Origin: Hemiscyllium ocellatum
Taxonomy: Eukaryota
Length of the DNA stretch: 64,000 bases
Direction of reading: 5' to 3'
NCBI RefSeq assembly: GCF_020745735.1
Contig: NC_083435.1
Coordinates: 11,005,201-11,069,200, forward strand
The stretch's first letter is position 1; every line of letters begins with the position of its first letter. A program made the position numbers and the translations under genes. Positions 36,435 through 49,183 of this stretch are shown piece after piece. The notes under the pieces were generated by a model. It was not told the DNA's origin, did not search any database, and saw only the letters and a list, made by a program, of their open reading frames with translations.

Positions 36435-38273
36435 CAGGACAAAAGAAAAGGTGAATAAGTGATAATAGGAGCAAAGAGTAGGAGAAAATGGGTGAATTGT
36501 ATGGTAGCAATTCAAATAATGTGATAACAGATCTTGGAGTTTGTGAGAAGAGGTGACTGTGCTAAAACCAACCCTATCAGTACAGGATGTGGAAGAAAGG
36601 AGTATTACTCATTGACGTCCAGTGACTCTTCATCAGAAGTTCAGAAGAAACATTATTTATGCGGAAGACAATGTTCAGTTTGAGGGAAGGAGTGGAAATG
36701 GGGAGATTGGAGGGGCATAGATTGCTGGAGATGGAGCCCAGAGACAGGCAGACAGAGAGATGAAAGTGGTGGGTAAACAAGGAGATTATGGATGGCAGGC
36801 CAGGACAGAATAGAAGCTGAATAAGTGATAATAGGGGCAAAGAGTAGGAGAAAGTGTGTGAGCTGTATGATAGCAATCCAACTAGTGTGATAACAGATCT
36901 TAGAGTATGTGGGAATAGGTGACTGTGCTAAAACCAACCCCTGTCAGTACAGGACCTGGTGTGGTATAGGTAAAAACACTGAAAGATGGAATCAGACTCT
37001 AAAGTTATTGAACTTAATGTTGAGCCCTAAAGGCTGCAGTGTCCCAAAGCTGAAAATGAGGTACTGTTCTTCAAGCTTGCACTGAGGCTCACTGGAACAC
37101 TGCAGCAGGCCTGAGACAGAGATATTGGCCAGGCATGTGGAAGTGGCAACTGGAAGCTCAAGGTCATTCTTGCAAATAGAATATTGATGTTGTGCAATGT
37201 GGTCATGCACATTGATTTCCTAATTTAGAAGGGACTGCACTGTGAACAGCAAATACCAGATTGAGTGAAGGGCAGGTAAATCATTGCTTCAGCTGGAAGA
37301 TATTTCAGGGGGCCTGGATCCAGAGGAAGGAGAAGGTATATGGGCAGGTTTTACATATTCTCTGATTCCTTGGGAAGGTGCCATGGGAGTGTGGGGAGAT
37401 GTTGGGAGTGGATGAGAAGTGGGCCAGAGTCTCCTGGAGGGATTGGCCCTTGCAGAGTTTTCAATTTCCACCCTACCGTCATGTTCACCTGGTCCATCCC
37501 TGACTCCCCCATTCCCTTCTCTGATTCCATTTTGGGGAATAGGCTGGCTATGAACAAACTCACCATCTCCCATAGTGACCATGTCTACACATCCTCACAC
37601 CCTGCCTCTTGTAAAGACTCCATCCCATTGCCCCAGTTTCTCCACCTCCATTACATCTGTTCTGATGATACCACCTTCCACATGGTGCTGCCTCCAAAAT
37701 GTTCACCCTTTTCCTCAATCAAGGATTCCCCACTACCTGGGGTTGCAGGGCCCTTCACTATGTTTAACCTATCTCCCGTTCTTCACCCACACCCCTTTTC
37801 TCTTCCCTCCAACAATGATAGAGTCACTGTACTCCTCATTTACCACTTGACCAGCTTATGCATCGAAACAATCTTTAGCTGCTATTTTCACCACATCCAG
37901 CAGGATTCTATCACCAGACACATATTCCCTTCTTCTACCTTGTCAGCTTTCCACATGGACCATTCCCTCTGCCACACACTGGTCTACTCCTCCTTCACTT
38001 CCAACACCCTCTCAGACCCCAAACACTTTTCCATGCAATTGCAGAAGGTTTAACACCAGCCTGTTCACCTCCCCCTCCTCACTATCCAGAGTGCCAGACA
38101 TACCTTTCTGGTAAAGCAGTAATTTACCTGCACCACGCCATCTAATCTACTGTATTTGCTGTTCACAATGTGGTCTTCTCTACATTAGGGAGGCGTAAAG
38201 CAAACTGGGCAACCACTTTGCAAAACACTTATTTTCTGTCCACAAAAATGACACTAAGCTTCTAGTTGCCTGG

Positions 38274-38309
38274 AATCCTGATGAAGGGCTAATGCCCGAA
38301 ATGTCGAAT
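38274..38309 (+). ncRNA. Hammerhead motif, partly degenerate
   Basis: AATC-CTGATGA-A-GGGC TAAT GCCC-GAAA-TGTC-GAAT. Core intact, stem I and the ACGT palindrome are mutated. Confidence 0.45.
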
Positions 38310-38464
38310 TTCCTGTTCCTTGGATGCTGCCTGACCTGCTGCGCTTTAACCAGCAACACATTTTCAGCTCAGAGGGATCAATGACCAGGGGACATAGATT
38401 TAAGGTAAGGGACCGGAGGTGTCAAGGGAATGTCCAGAAAAATGTTTTCATGCAGAGCGAGGTG

Positions 38465-41400
38465 GGAATCTCTTCTGAGGTAGAAGGGACCTGTACAAGA
38501 AGGATAGATTGCACCTGAATTGGAAGGGAACTAATATACTTTATTCGAGCTGCTTGGGAGGATTTAAACTAGTAAGGTGAGGGGGTGGGAACCAGGGAAA
38601 CAGTGAGGAAAGTGATCAATCTGAGACTGGTGCAGTTGGGAAAGGGAGCAAGTCAAACAGGGCAAGAAGGAACAAAGTAGAGAAGAAGGTACGACTGTTA
38701 AATGTAATGGCATTTGCTTCAATGCAAGAGGCCTAACGGGGAAGGCAGATGAACTCAGAGCATGGTTAAGAACATGGGTTTGGGATGTCATAGCAATCAC
38801 AGAAACATGGCTCACAATGGACAGGACTGGCAGCTTAATGTTCCAGGATACAAATGCAATAGGAAGGACAGAAAGGGAGGCAAGAGAGGAAGGGGAGTGG
38901 CATTTTTGATATGGGATAGCATTATTGCTAATTTAAGGAAGATATTACTGGGAATGCATCCAGGCAAGTTATTCGGGTGGAACTGAGAAATAAGAAAGGA
39001 ATGATCACCTTATTGAGTTTGTATTATTGACCACTAATAGTTAGTGGGGAATTGAGATATAGATTTGTAAGGAGATTTCAGTTATCTGTAGGAATAATCG
39101 GGTGGTTATGGTAGGGGATTTCAACTTTCCAAACACTGGGACTGCCATAGTGTTAAGGGTTGAGATGGAGAGGAATTTGTTAAGTGTGTACAACAAAATT
39201 TTGTGATTCAGTATGTGAATGTTCCGACTCGGGAAGGAGCAAAACTTGCCCTACTCTTGGAAAGTAAGGGAGGGCAGTTGACTGAGGTGTCAGTGGGAGG
39301 AGCACTTTGAGGCCAGAGACCATAATTCTATTAGTTTTAGAATAGTGATGGAAAAGGATAGACCAGATCTAAAAGTTGAAGTTCTAAATTGGAGAAAGGC
39401 CAATTTTGATGATAATAGGCAAGAACTTTTGAAAACTGATTGGGGGCAGATGTTCTCAGGTAAAGGAACGGCTGGAAAATGGGAATCCTTCAGAAATGAG
39501 ATAACGAGAATCCAGAAAAAGTATATTCCTGTTAGAGTGAAAGTAAAGGCTGGTAGGGAAAAGTAGGGAATGCTGGATGACGAAAGACATTGAGGGTTTG
39601 GTTAAGAAAAAGAAGGAGGCATAAGGATGATATAGAAAAGATAGATTAAGTGATTCCTTAGAGAGTGTAAAGATAGTGTTAAGGGTTTAGATGGAGAAGA
39701 ATTTGTTAAGTGCATACAAGACAATTTTCTGATTCAGTATGTGGATGTACCTGTTGAGAAGGTGCAAAACTTGACCTACTCTTGGGAAATAAGGCAGGAC
39801 AGGTGACTGAGATATCAGTGGGGGAGCACTTTGGGGCCAGAGACCGCAATTCTATTAGATTTAAAATAGTGATGGAAAAGGGTAGACCAGATCTAAAAGT
39901 TGAAGTTCTAAATTGGAGAAAGGCCAATTTTGACGGTATTAGGCAAGAACTTTTGAAAGCTGACTGTGGGCAGATATTCACAGGTAAAGGGATGGCTGGA
40001 AAATGGGAAGCCTTCAGAAATGAGATAATGAGAATCCAGAGAAAGTATATTCCTGTTAGGGAGAAAGGAAAGGCTGGTAGGTATAGGGAATGCAAGATGA
40101 CTAAAGAAATTGAGGATTTTGTTAAGAAAAACAAGGTAGCATATGTAAGGTATAGACAGGCTAGATGAATGAATCCTTAGAAGAGGAAATACGAAGTAGG
40201 AGTATATTTATACGGGATATCAGGAGGTCAAAAAGGGGACATGCGATAGCTTTGGCAAATAGAATTAAGGAGAATCCAAAGAGCTTTTACAAATACATTA
40301 AGAACAAAAGGGTAACAAGGGAGAAAATAGAGCCCCTCAAAGATCAGCAAGGTGGCCTTTGTGTGGAGCCGCAGAAAATGGGGAGATACGAAATTAGTAT
40401 TTTGCATCAGTATTTACTGTCGAAGAGGATCTGGAAGATATAGAGTGTAGGGAAATAATGGTGACATCTTGCAAAATGTCCATATTACGGAGGAGGATGT
40501 GCTGGATGTCTTGAAATGGGTGAAGGTGATAAATCCCCAGGCCCTGATCAGGTGTTGTGGGAAACGAGGGAAGTGATTCCTGGACCTCTTGCTGAGATAT
40601 TTGTATCATCGATAATCACAGGTGAGGTGCTGGAAGACTTGGTTGGCTAATGTGGTGCCACTGTTTAAAAAGGGTGGTAAGGACAAGCTAGGGAACTATA
40701 AACCAGTGATCCTGATGTCGGTGGTGGCCAGGTTGCTGGAGGAAATCCTGAGGGACAGGATGTACATGTATTTGGAAAGGCAAGGACTGATTAAGGATAC
40801 TCAGCATGGCTTTGTGCATGGGAAATCATGTCTCACAAACTTGATTGAATTTTTTGAGGAAGTAACAAAGAGGATTGATAACAGCAGAGTGGTAGATGTG
40901 ATCTATATGGACTTCAGTAAGGCCTTTGAGAAGGTTCCCCATGGGAGACTGATTAGCAAGGTTAGATCTCACAAAATACAGGGAGAACTCACAACTTAGA
41001 TACAGAACTGACTCAAAGGTAGAAGACAGAGGGTGGTGGTGGAGGATTGCTTTTCAGATGGGAGGCCTGTGACCAGTGCAGTGCCAAAGGATCGGTGCTG
41101 GGTTTTCTACTTTTTGTCATTTACTTAAATGATTAGGATGCGAGCATAAGAGGTACCGTTGGTAAGTTTGCAGATGACACCAATATTGGATAGCGAAGAG
41201 GGTTACCACCGATTACAACAGAATCTTGACGAGATGGGCCAATGGACTGAGAAGGGGCAGATGGAGTTTAATTCAGATAAATGCGATGTGCTGCATTTTG
41301 GGAAAGCAAATCTTAGCAGGACATATACACATAATGGTAAGGTCCTAGGGAGTGTTGCTGAACAAAGAGACGTTGGAGTGCAGGTTCATAGCTCCTTGAA

Positions 41401-42075
41401 AGTGGAGTCGCAGGTAGCTAGGATAGTGAAGAAGGCGTTTGGTATGCTTTCCTTTATTAGTCAGAGTATTGAGTACAGGAGTTAGGAAGTCATGTTGCAG
41501 CTGTACAGGACATTGGTTAGGCCACTGTTGGAATATTGTTTCACAATTCTGATCTCCTTCCTATCAGAAAGATATTTTGTAACCTGAAAGGGTTCAGAAA
41601 AGATTTACAAGGATGTCGCTATGATTGGAGGATCTGAGCTACAGGGAGAGGCTGAACAGGCTGAGGCTATTTTCCCTGTAGCATCAGAAACTGAGGGGTG
41701 TCCTTATAGAGGTTTCCATAATTATGAAGGGCATGGAAAGTGTAAATAGGAAAAGACTTTTCCCTGGGGTGGGGGAGTCCAGAACTAGAGGGCATAGGTT
41801 TAGCGTGAGAGGGGAAGATATAAAACAGACCTAAGGGGCAACCTTTCAAACAGAGGGTGGTATGTGTATGGAATGAGCTGCCAGAGGATGTGGTGGAGGC
41901 TGGTACAATTGCAACATTTTAGAGGCATTTGGATGGGTATATGAATAGGAAGGGTTTGGAGGGATATGGGCTGGGTGCTGGCAGGTGGGACTAGATTGGG
42001 TTGGGATATCTGGTTGACATGGACGGGTTGGACCGAAGGTTCTGTTTCCATGTTATATGTCTCTGTGACTCGATG
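38465..42075 (+). mobile_element. Near-full-length decayed CR1-like LINE with internal duplication (about 39130-39670 vs 39670-40200)
   Basis: Endonuclease, linker, RT fragments (ORFs 38762, 39782, 40622, 41159) and 3' tail. Lies in the IgV-IgC intron of gene B. Confidence 0.9.
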
Positions 42076-43213
42076 ACTCTATGTATGTTTGCAATATGAA
42101 AGCAAAGGGCCAAATGCAGGAAAATAGGATTAGAATAGTTACCTGCTTGTTATTGAATGGGGCAGATGGACCAAAGGCCCTTTATGCAAAGCCAGCCTCG
42201 ATGACTGCATTCCACCAGATGAATTGTGGGAAACAAAGAACTTAATGCAGAGAAGAGCTGGAGTGGTCCATTCAATCCCAGATGCCTGTCCCATTACTCA
42301 ATGTGATCATTGCTAATTCTCCACCTCAACTCCAAATTCCCACTCTTTCCACATGTTCTTTATATTACCTCAGCTTCCAAAAATATATTAATCTCTTTCT
42401 TAAATATATTTAATGTCTGGCCATCCCTGACTGAGGATGAAAAGACATGCCCCAAGTGTGGGTGCACGGGATTGATCAAGAGGATTGCTCTGTGAGCATT
42501 GATTGGACTGTTCTGTCCTTTCTAGGGGATAGACTTGTGAGAGGTGAAAGCATTCTGGTAGGATTTGAGAGGAACAGGAGCAGGTAATTCAGCTCCTCAA
42601 GCCTATTACAGTATTCTGTGAGATCATGGCTGATCTGTGGCCTCACTCACTGCCTTTGGCCAATATCCCTCAATCCATCAAAAAGTTAGTCTATCACAGA
42701 ATAAAAATAGGGTCTACATGGAGAGTTTGTTTCTCATGCTGACTGAGCTAAAACATCTTCTACTCCAGGGCTCTGGAAATACTCAGTATGTGAACACTCA
42801 CCTCAGAAATCTTTTCATTCCTGGTATTCAGGGATGTGAGGAGAGGACCTTGAATGTGGAAGTAAAATTCAAATCAGCCATAATAGTGAAATAAAATTAA
42901 AATATTGAACTGTGGGTCAGCTTGGAGGGACCGAATGGTCTTTTCTCACTTCAGTGGAATGAGACAGTGAGTCATAGGTTCCCAACGCTCTGAGTGAAGA
43001 ATTATCCCCCTGTCTCAGTGATAAGTGACCATCCCCTTATCCTGAAACTGCGTCCCCGTGTTCTAGATACTTCCATCAGCAAAAACAGCCTCTCAGGGTC
43101 TATCCTGTCAGATCGATTTGCATTCTGCTGGATTCTGACTCAATGTTTATCCTTCACCTCAATAACCTGTCCCTGAGGAGGTCAGCTAGTGTGTTTACAA
43201 AATGGTCACTGAC

Positions 43214-43588
43214 CTGTCACATCTAGCGTGAGTACAAACTCATCGGTCTTGATGCCAGAAGCAACGAAGCACTTGTACTGTCCCCTGTCAGAGACTCGGA
43301 CATCATTCAGCCTGAGAGAGATATTCCCCTTTGCCACTTCATCGAGAAACAGTTCAGTTCGGCCTCTGTAGACCAAGTGCTGGGATGCCAACGCGTCTGC
43401 TCCTTCTGTGTACAAGTGGACAGGTGAGCTATAGCCATAGACCACGTTGATCCAGCGGACCTCCATATTCTTTGGGACTTTGGTCATGACCAAAACACAG
43501 TCCAGGACCACACTGCCCCCAACAACCCCAGTGATGGGGGATAATGGTCCCTTCAGCTCTAAATCTCCCGCTGTTTCTGTAGGAATCA
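43214..43588 (-). CDS. BTN-like gene B, IgV exon
   Basis: 375 nt, ctctctccag / G|GTCAGT, phase 1-1. Both V-set cysteines, the Trp and the D.G.Y.C motif are intact. Confidence 0.95.
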
Positions 43589-43809
43589 CTGGAGAGAGAA
43601 TCAGATTGATTGGTCATAACTCAGGCTATTACAGCTGTATATTAATGTTTGGAACAGAGAAAGGGGGCGAGGCTGGGGGACAGAGAATGATCGAGGGAGC
43701 AACAGGAGCAACGAAGGATGGAGATGTAGAGGGAGAGATAAAGAGAGATAATGACAGATAGGAGGGGCAGGGAGGGATATATACAGAAATGGGGAACAGA
43801 GGGACATGA

Positions 43810-44400
43810 AAATTCAGAGAGTCATAGAGTTGTACAGCACTGAAACAGACCCTTTGGTCCAACTTGTCCATGCCGACCAGATATCCTAAATTCATCTGAT
43901 CCCATTTGTCAGCACTTGGCCCACATCCTTCAAATCCCTTCATATTTATATGCCCATCCAGATGTCTTTTAAATGCTGTAATTGTACTAGCCTCCACCAC
44001 TTCCTCTGGCAGCTCATTCCATAATAGCACTGCCTTTTGCATGAAATAGTTGCCCTTCAGGTAAATTTTAAATTTTTACCCTCTCAGCCTTAACCTCTGC
44101 CCTCAAGTTCTGGACTTACCCGACGCAGGAAAAAGACATTGTCTATTGCCCCTCATGACTTTATAAACCTTTATAAAGTCACTCCCCAGCCTCTGATGCT
44201 CCAGGGAAAATAACCCCAGCCTGCAGCCTCTCCCTCTCGCTCAAACCCTCTAACATTGGCAACATCCTTGTAAACTTTTTCTGAACCCTTCCAAGTTTCA
44301 TGACATCCTTCCTACAGAAGGGAGACCAGAATTGCACACAATAAGCCAAAAGTGGCCGAACCAATGTATAGTACCAACGTGAACGACCAACTACCTACAC
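43810..44400 (-). mobile_element. CR1 3' fragment
   Basis: ORFs 43629-44042 and 44179-44364 (VQFWSP..RKDV.KL.RVQK.FTRML). Confidence 0.8.
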
Positions 44401-44744
44401 TCGATGCTTTGACCAGTAAAGAGGGACAAAGAGTGAGTGGTAGAGAGGGACAGAAAAAAGTGAAGAATAGAGAAACACAGGGAGGAAAAACAGACAAAAA
44501 CTAAATTATTTTGCGTTCTTATTTCACCTGTCACATTTTCAGAATATTTTAATATTGCCTAGTCTGAAACACAACAGACAGTTTATTCTTTGTAAGGTAC
44601 CAAATAGAACAATGAGGTATAAGGCTGGATACCCTTTTTTAGTGTCTTAACATTCACCAGAGGACAGATGAGGCCAGTGTCTGATGGCTCAAATATCTAC
44701 AAATATTGGCAACTCTAACTTTGCAGCATCTTCTCAGTACTGAC

Positions 44745-44880
44745 CTTATCACAGTGAAGTATTCCCTCAGTACTGGCACTATGACAGTGAAATATTCTCC
44801 CAGTACTGACCCTATGACAGTGAAATATTCTCCCAGTACTGACCATATGACAGTGCAGCACTCGTCAACACTGACCTTCC
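44745..44880 (+). repeat. About 33-bp tandem repeat (CAGTACTGACC.TATGACAGTGAAATATTCTCC) x3-4
   Basis: Directly visible. Confidence 0.85.
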
Positions 44881-45017
44881 AATAGTGCAATATGCACTCA
44901 AACTAAACCTCTGACATTGCAATAGTCCCTTGGTAGCAAGGGAATCCACCCAGATTACATATTCAAATCTCTAGTGTGAGTACTGATTTTTAGTATTTTT
45001 GAAATTCATTTCCCTAC

Positions 45018-45057
45018 CATGAAAGATCCAAATGAGAACCTGGAGCAGAAGAAACAT
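45018..45057 (-). CDS. BTN-like gene B, signal-peptide coding exon (MFLLLQVLIWIFH + G)
   Basis: ATG at 45057 (agaATG), donor G|GTAGGG, putative acceptor ttttagacag at 45111. Paralog of 9206-9245. Confidence 0.85.
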
Positions 45058-45904
45058 TCTGGGAATTCAGAAATCCAGCATCGGCAGATCCGTGGAATGA
45101 TGTGTTGTAGCTGTCTAAAATGTTACCAGAGAGTCTACATCAATAAGAAGATATTCATGCGAGTCAGCATCAATGCAATTAATGGTCACCGAGAGCAGCA
45201 ACATTTGAGTATATATCAGTACAAGTGCTGACATATACACCCACATAAGCTGACATACACATACACATATACTGAAATATACAAATGCGTATGAACATAT
45301 ACACTCACATATACTGAAATATATGCCCACATGCTGACGCATACACTATGTACTGAAATGTACACATATGTACACATCCACATATACTGGCACAAACATG
45401 TTGACTTCCATCCAGTTACATGCATGCCTTCCCAATTTTCATATTATTCTCCTCTCCATTTATATATTTTTCACTAATTTGTCCATCTATGTTACTCTTC
45501 CAAAGCTGGCAAATAATAGAGATGGGACAGACTGAGTTTGTGATCCATGGAGCAGAGGAGACTGCAGGGAGACATAATTGAGATGTGTTAAACTAGGAGC
45601 GACATGGAGATGGTTGACAGGAAGAAGCTTTTTCCCCCTTGATGGAATGTCAATGATTTAAGGTAAAGTGAAGGATGTTTAGATGGATTGTGAAGAACAT
45701 TATTTTCACTTGGAGGATGGTGGGAATCTGGAACGCTCTGACTGGGAAGGCTGGTCGAGGCAGAAATATTCAGAACATTTCTGAAGGTCGTACATCACTG
45801 GGGTCAGATGAATTACATCCAATGCTGTTAAAAGTAAGTCGTGGATAAAAACAAAAGTCTCTCTGAGGGTCATCTTCCAGTCCTTACTAGATACTGGCAA
45901 GGTA

Positions 45905-46790
45905 CCAGATGATTTGAGTTCTGCAGTTGCTGAGATATCATTGATAGTCACAGGTAAAGTGCCGGAAGACTGGAGGTTAGCAAATATGGTGCCACTATTT
46001 AAGGAAGGTGGGAAGGACAAGCCAGGGAATTATAGACCAGTGAGCCTGATGTTGGTGGTGGATAAGTTGTTGGAGGGAATCCTGAGGGACAGGATTTACA
46101 CATATTTGGAAAGGCAAGGACTGATTAAGGATGGTCAACATGGCTTTGTGCATGAGAAATCATGTCTGACAAACTTGATTGTGTTTTTTGAAGAAGCAAC
46201 AAAGAGGATTGATGAAGGTAGAGTGGTGGACATGATCTAGTTGGACTTCAGTAAGGCATTTGACAAGATTCCCATGGAAGATTGGTCAGCATGTTTAGAT
46301 CTCATGGAATACAAGGAGAACTAACCAGTTGGATACAGAACTGGCTCGAAGGTAGGAGAACTAACCAGTTGGATACAGAACTGGCTCGAAGGTAGAAGAC
46401 AGAGGGTGGTGGTGAGAGTTGTTTTTCAGACTGGAGACCTGTGACAAGTGGTGTGCCACAAGGATTGATGCTGGACCAACTACTTTTCATTATTTATAGA
46501 AATGATTTGGATGTGGACATAGGAGGTATAGTTAGTAAGTTTGCAGATGACACCAAAATTGGAAGTGCAGTGGACTGCGAGATAGTTACCTCAGATTACA
46601 ACAGGATCTTGATCAGATGGGCCAATGGACTGAGGCGTGGCAGATGGAGTTTAATTTAAATAAATGTGAGGTGCTGCATTTTGGAAAAGCAAATCAGAGC
46701 AGGACCTATACTCTTAATGGCAAGGTCCTACACAGTATTGCTGAACAAAGAGACCTTGGAGTGCAGCGTCATAGTTCATTGAAAGTTGGA
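45905..46790 (+). mobile_element. CR1-like LINE RT fragment (gene B intron 1)
   Basis: ORFs 45914-46240 and 46441-46659. 40-bp internal tandem duplication at 46315-46394. Confidence 0.9.
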
Positions 46791-47410
46791 TGTGCTAAAA
46801 CAGTTTGACCAGGAACTAGAAAGTGGAATTAGAGCAGGGGAGAGGCAGCAAATTCAGTCTGGGCTGAATGGCCCATTTCTATTCTGTAATGTTTCTCTGG
46901 TTTGCCTGGGACACAGAACGGAAAACTGTGACATTGAGCAGCCTGAAATATCTCCAGTTGTGTATCGCAATAACAGAGCTGGGGAGAGTGGAGGAGGGAG
47001 AATCCAGCAAAGTAGAACAGGGATTACAGCTGTGAAACTGGGAACAGTGTGTGCTCATGTTCCTGGTGTTAACTCACTGCTGTGCAACTCACAGTATTAG
47101 TTACCAAGTCGCATAGAGACAGAGTCCTTGGTTAAATAGATAGTTCTTGTGGTCAGTGGTACAGCCCCAACATCTGGACCAGGAAAGACAAGTTTAAGAC
47201 CCACCTGCTCCAGCAGTGTGCTGTAATGTGCTGGTACAGGTTGATTAAAAATCTGTACCATGATCATGTTCAACAAGAGGTTTCTCTCCATCAATGTTCC
47301 CTCCCAACTCTCTTCCATATCCTTCTGTTCCTTCCCCCCTTCTGTGTGTTATCTAGCTTGTCCTGAAAACCATTGATGCTAAAACGTTCCTGCGGAAGGT
47401 CCACTTACAC

Positions 47411-47703
47411 CGGCCAACGGCACAGTGGCTCAGTGGTTAGCACTGCTGCCTCAGAGTTCAATTCCAGCTTCGGGCGACTGTCTGTGGGCAGTGTGCACAT
47501 TCTCACCGTGTCTGCGTGGGTTTCCTCCGGGTGCAAGCCCGAAGATGTGCAGGTCAGGGTGAATTGGCCATGCTAAATTGCTCATAGTGTTAGGTGAATT
47601 AGTCAGAGGGAAACGGGTCTGGGTGGGTTACTCTTCCGAGGGTCAGTGTGGACTGGTTGGGCCGAAGGGCCTGTTTCCACACAGTAGGGAATCTAATCAT
47701 CTA
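47411..47703 (+). mobile_element. HE1-type SINE
   Basis: A box, central domain, tail. Confidence 0.85.
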
Positions 47704-48911
47704 GCAACGACTGTCTTATATGTAAAACCTCTCGTCACCCACACAAACGATATCATCCGACCCAAAACAAAACCTTGATTGTTGGAAATCAAAAACAGAA
47801 ACTGCTGGGAAAGGGACTGAGCAAGTCTGGCAGCATGTGCAGAGAGAATTCCGAGTTCATTTTCGGATCAAGTGACATTTCTTCAGTTCAGAACCTGCTG
47901 AGTTTTTACAACAATTTCTGTATTTGTTAGCAACTCTATAAGCTCCTGAATAAAACTGACAGCCTCTCGTAGAATTTACATCGCACTTTTCATCACATCC
48001 TAAAGCACACGAAGTACATCTGAAGTGTAGTCCATGTTGGAATGTGGGAAATAAGGCAGGCGATCAGTGCACGGCAAGATCCCATGAACACTTCTTCGGA
48101 GAGTCAGTGTACACCTGTTGGGCCGAGTGGCCTGTTTCCACACTGTAGGGATTCTATTTTACTCCATCATTGTTATTCTGTTGATTGACGGATAAATATA
48201 TTGACCAGGTCATCCCTGCTACTCTTCGAAACAGCGGCCATGGGATCTTTTAGGTCGATCACATCGCCAAAAGGTCAAATGGGATTTTGAATAAAGTCTC
48301 ATTGATCACAGCGCACTCCCTCAGTATTGCACTGCGATGTCAGTCTGTGTTTTTATGGTCATGTCCTGGAATGGGATTTGAACCCACAACCTCCTGATGC
48401 AAAGGAGGGAGTGACAATACTCGATTCACTGCTAATCCTGGGCCAGCTACCGGCCTTCCCGAACCTGTGCACTAGTCCCCAGAACCTGCTCCTTTTCCAA
48501 TCTGGAGGGAGGGGCAGGGGGTTTCGCGTATTAATTTGACTTCCTTTACTTTAAGATGCGGTTTCTGTTGTAAAGTGGGGAGTCCTTATCAACCTGGGAC
48601 TATTCCAGCCATGGAACGGGAATCCATTTGGAGCTGGGAACACCCGTACTCCCCTTTCCCACACCGGACCAGACGGGTTGATATTTACCTTCCCTGTCCC
48701 CGGGAACCCCCTCTCCCATTCACCCAGACTCTGAACCTTTACCCTCCCACAGCCAGGCCTCCCAGTCTCTTGGCCGGGCCTCTGTTCGGTTCCGGGAATG
48801 AGCCTCCACTCCCCCCCGGGACTGAGTATAAGATCCAGGAGCTCCCCACCGACAGGGAGATCGGAGTCAATTACACTGAAACTGAGGAGCTGAAATTACT
48901 CCCAAACTCAC

Positions 48912-49183
48912 CCAGAAAGGAAAATCCAAAATTCGGGAAGAGTAATACAGAGCAGCAGCGATCAGAGCCCTTCAGTTTCTACTTGATATCGTCTGCACTC
49001 CTCATCTCCACAAATGAACAAGCGGAACATATTCGGGCGTCAACCTCATAAACTGTGGGAGGACAAAGTTCAGAGTTTGATCCAGAGAACTTTGAGCTCA
49101 GCTTTCATTAGTTTTTGTTTCCCCTGTAATGCTCCTGCACCCTCTGTAACACTGCAATATTGAAACGTTTGTTCAAATCCCTG
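48912..49183 (-). promoter_or_regulatory. Gene B exon 1 and promoter (degenerate ISRE, no kB site)
   Basis: Homologous to 13690-13925. Donor TGG|GTGAGT at 48911. ISRE reads GAAACTGAAG (48970-48979). The kB-containing segment is deleted. Confidence 0.55.

Larger units (their letters stand above)
36225..38370. mobile_element. Decayed Penelope-like sequence, minus arm (to about 37446) and plus arm (about 37450-38370)
   Basis: ORFs 36992-37210 (KLEEQYLIF.FGTLQP.GLN) and 37340-38053 (FHP...FTWS, HP.SCK.SIP..QFL). The terminal part 36225-36950 is tandemly duplicated. Confidence 0.7.

Noticed and set aside
44745-44880. Regularly spaced about 33-bp repeats suggestive of CRISPR
   Set aside because: Head-to-tail units without unique spacers, in a vertebrate context with no cas genes.
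48536-49051. 171-aa plus-strand ORF and related ORFs at 13317-13601 and 58922-59140
   Set aside because: Antisense to the promoter/intron-1 block. Frames and lengths are not conserved among the three paralogs, and there is no domain.
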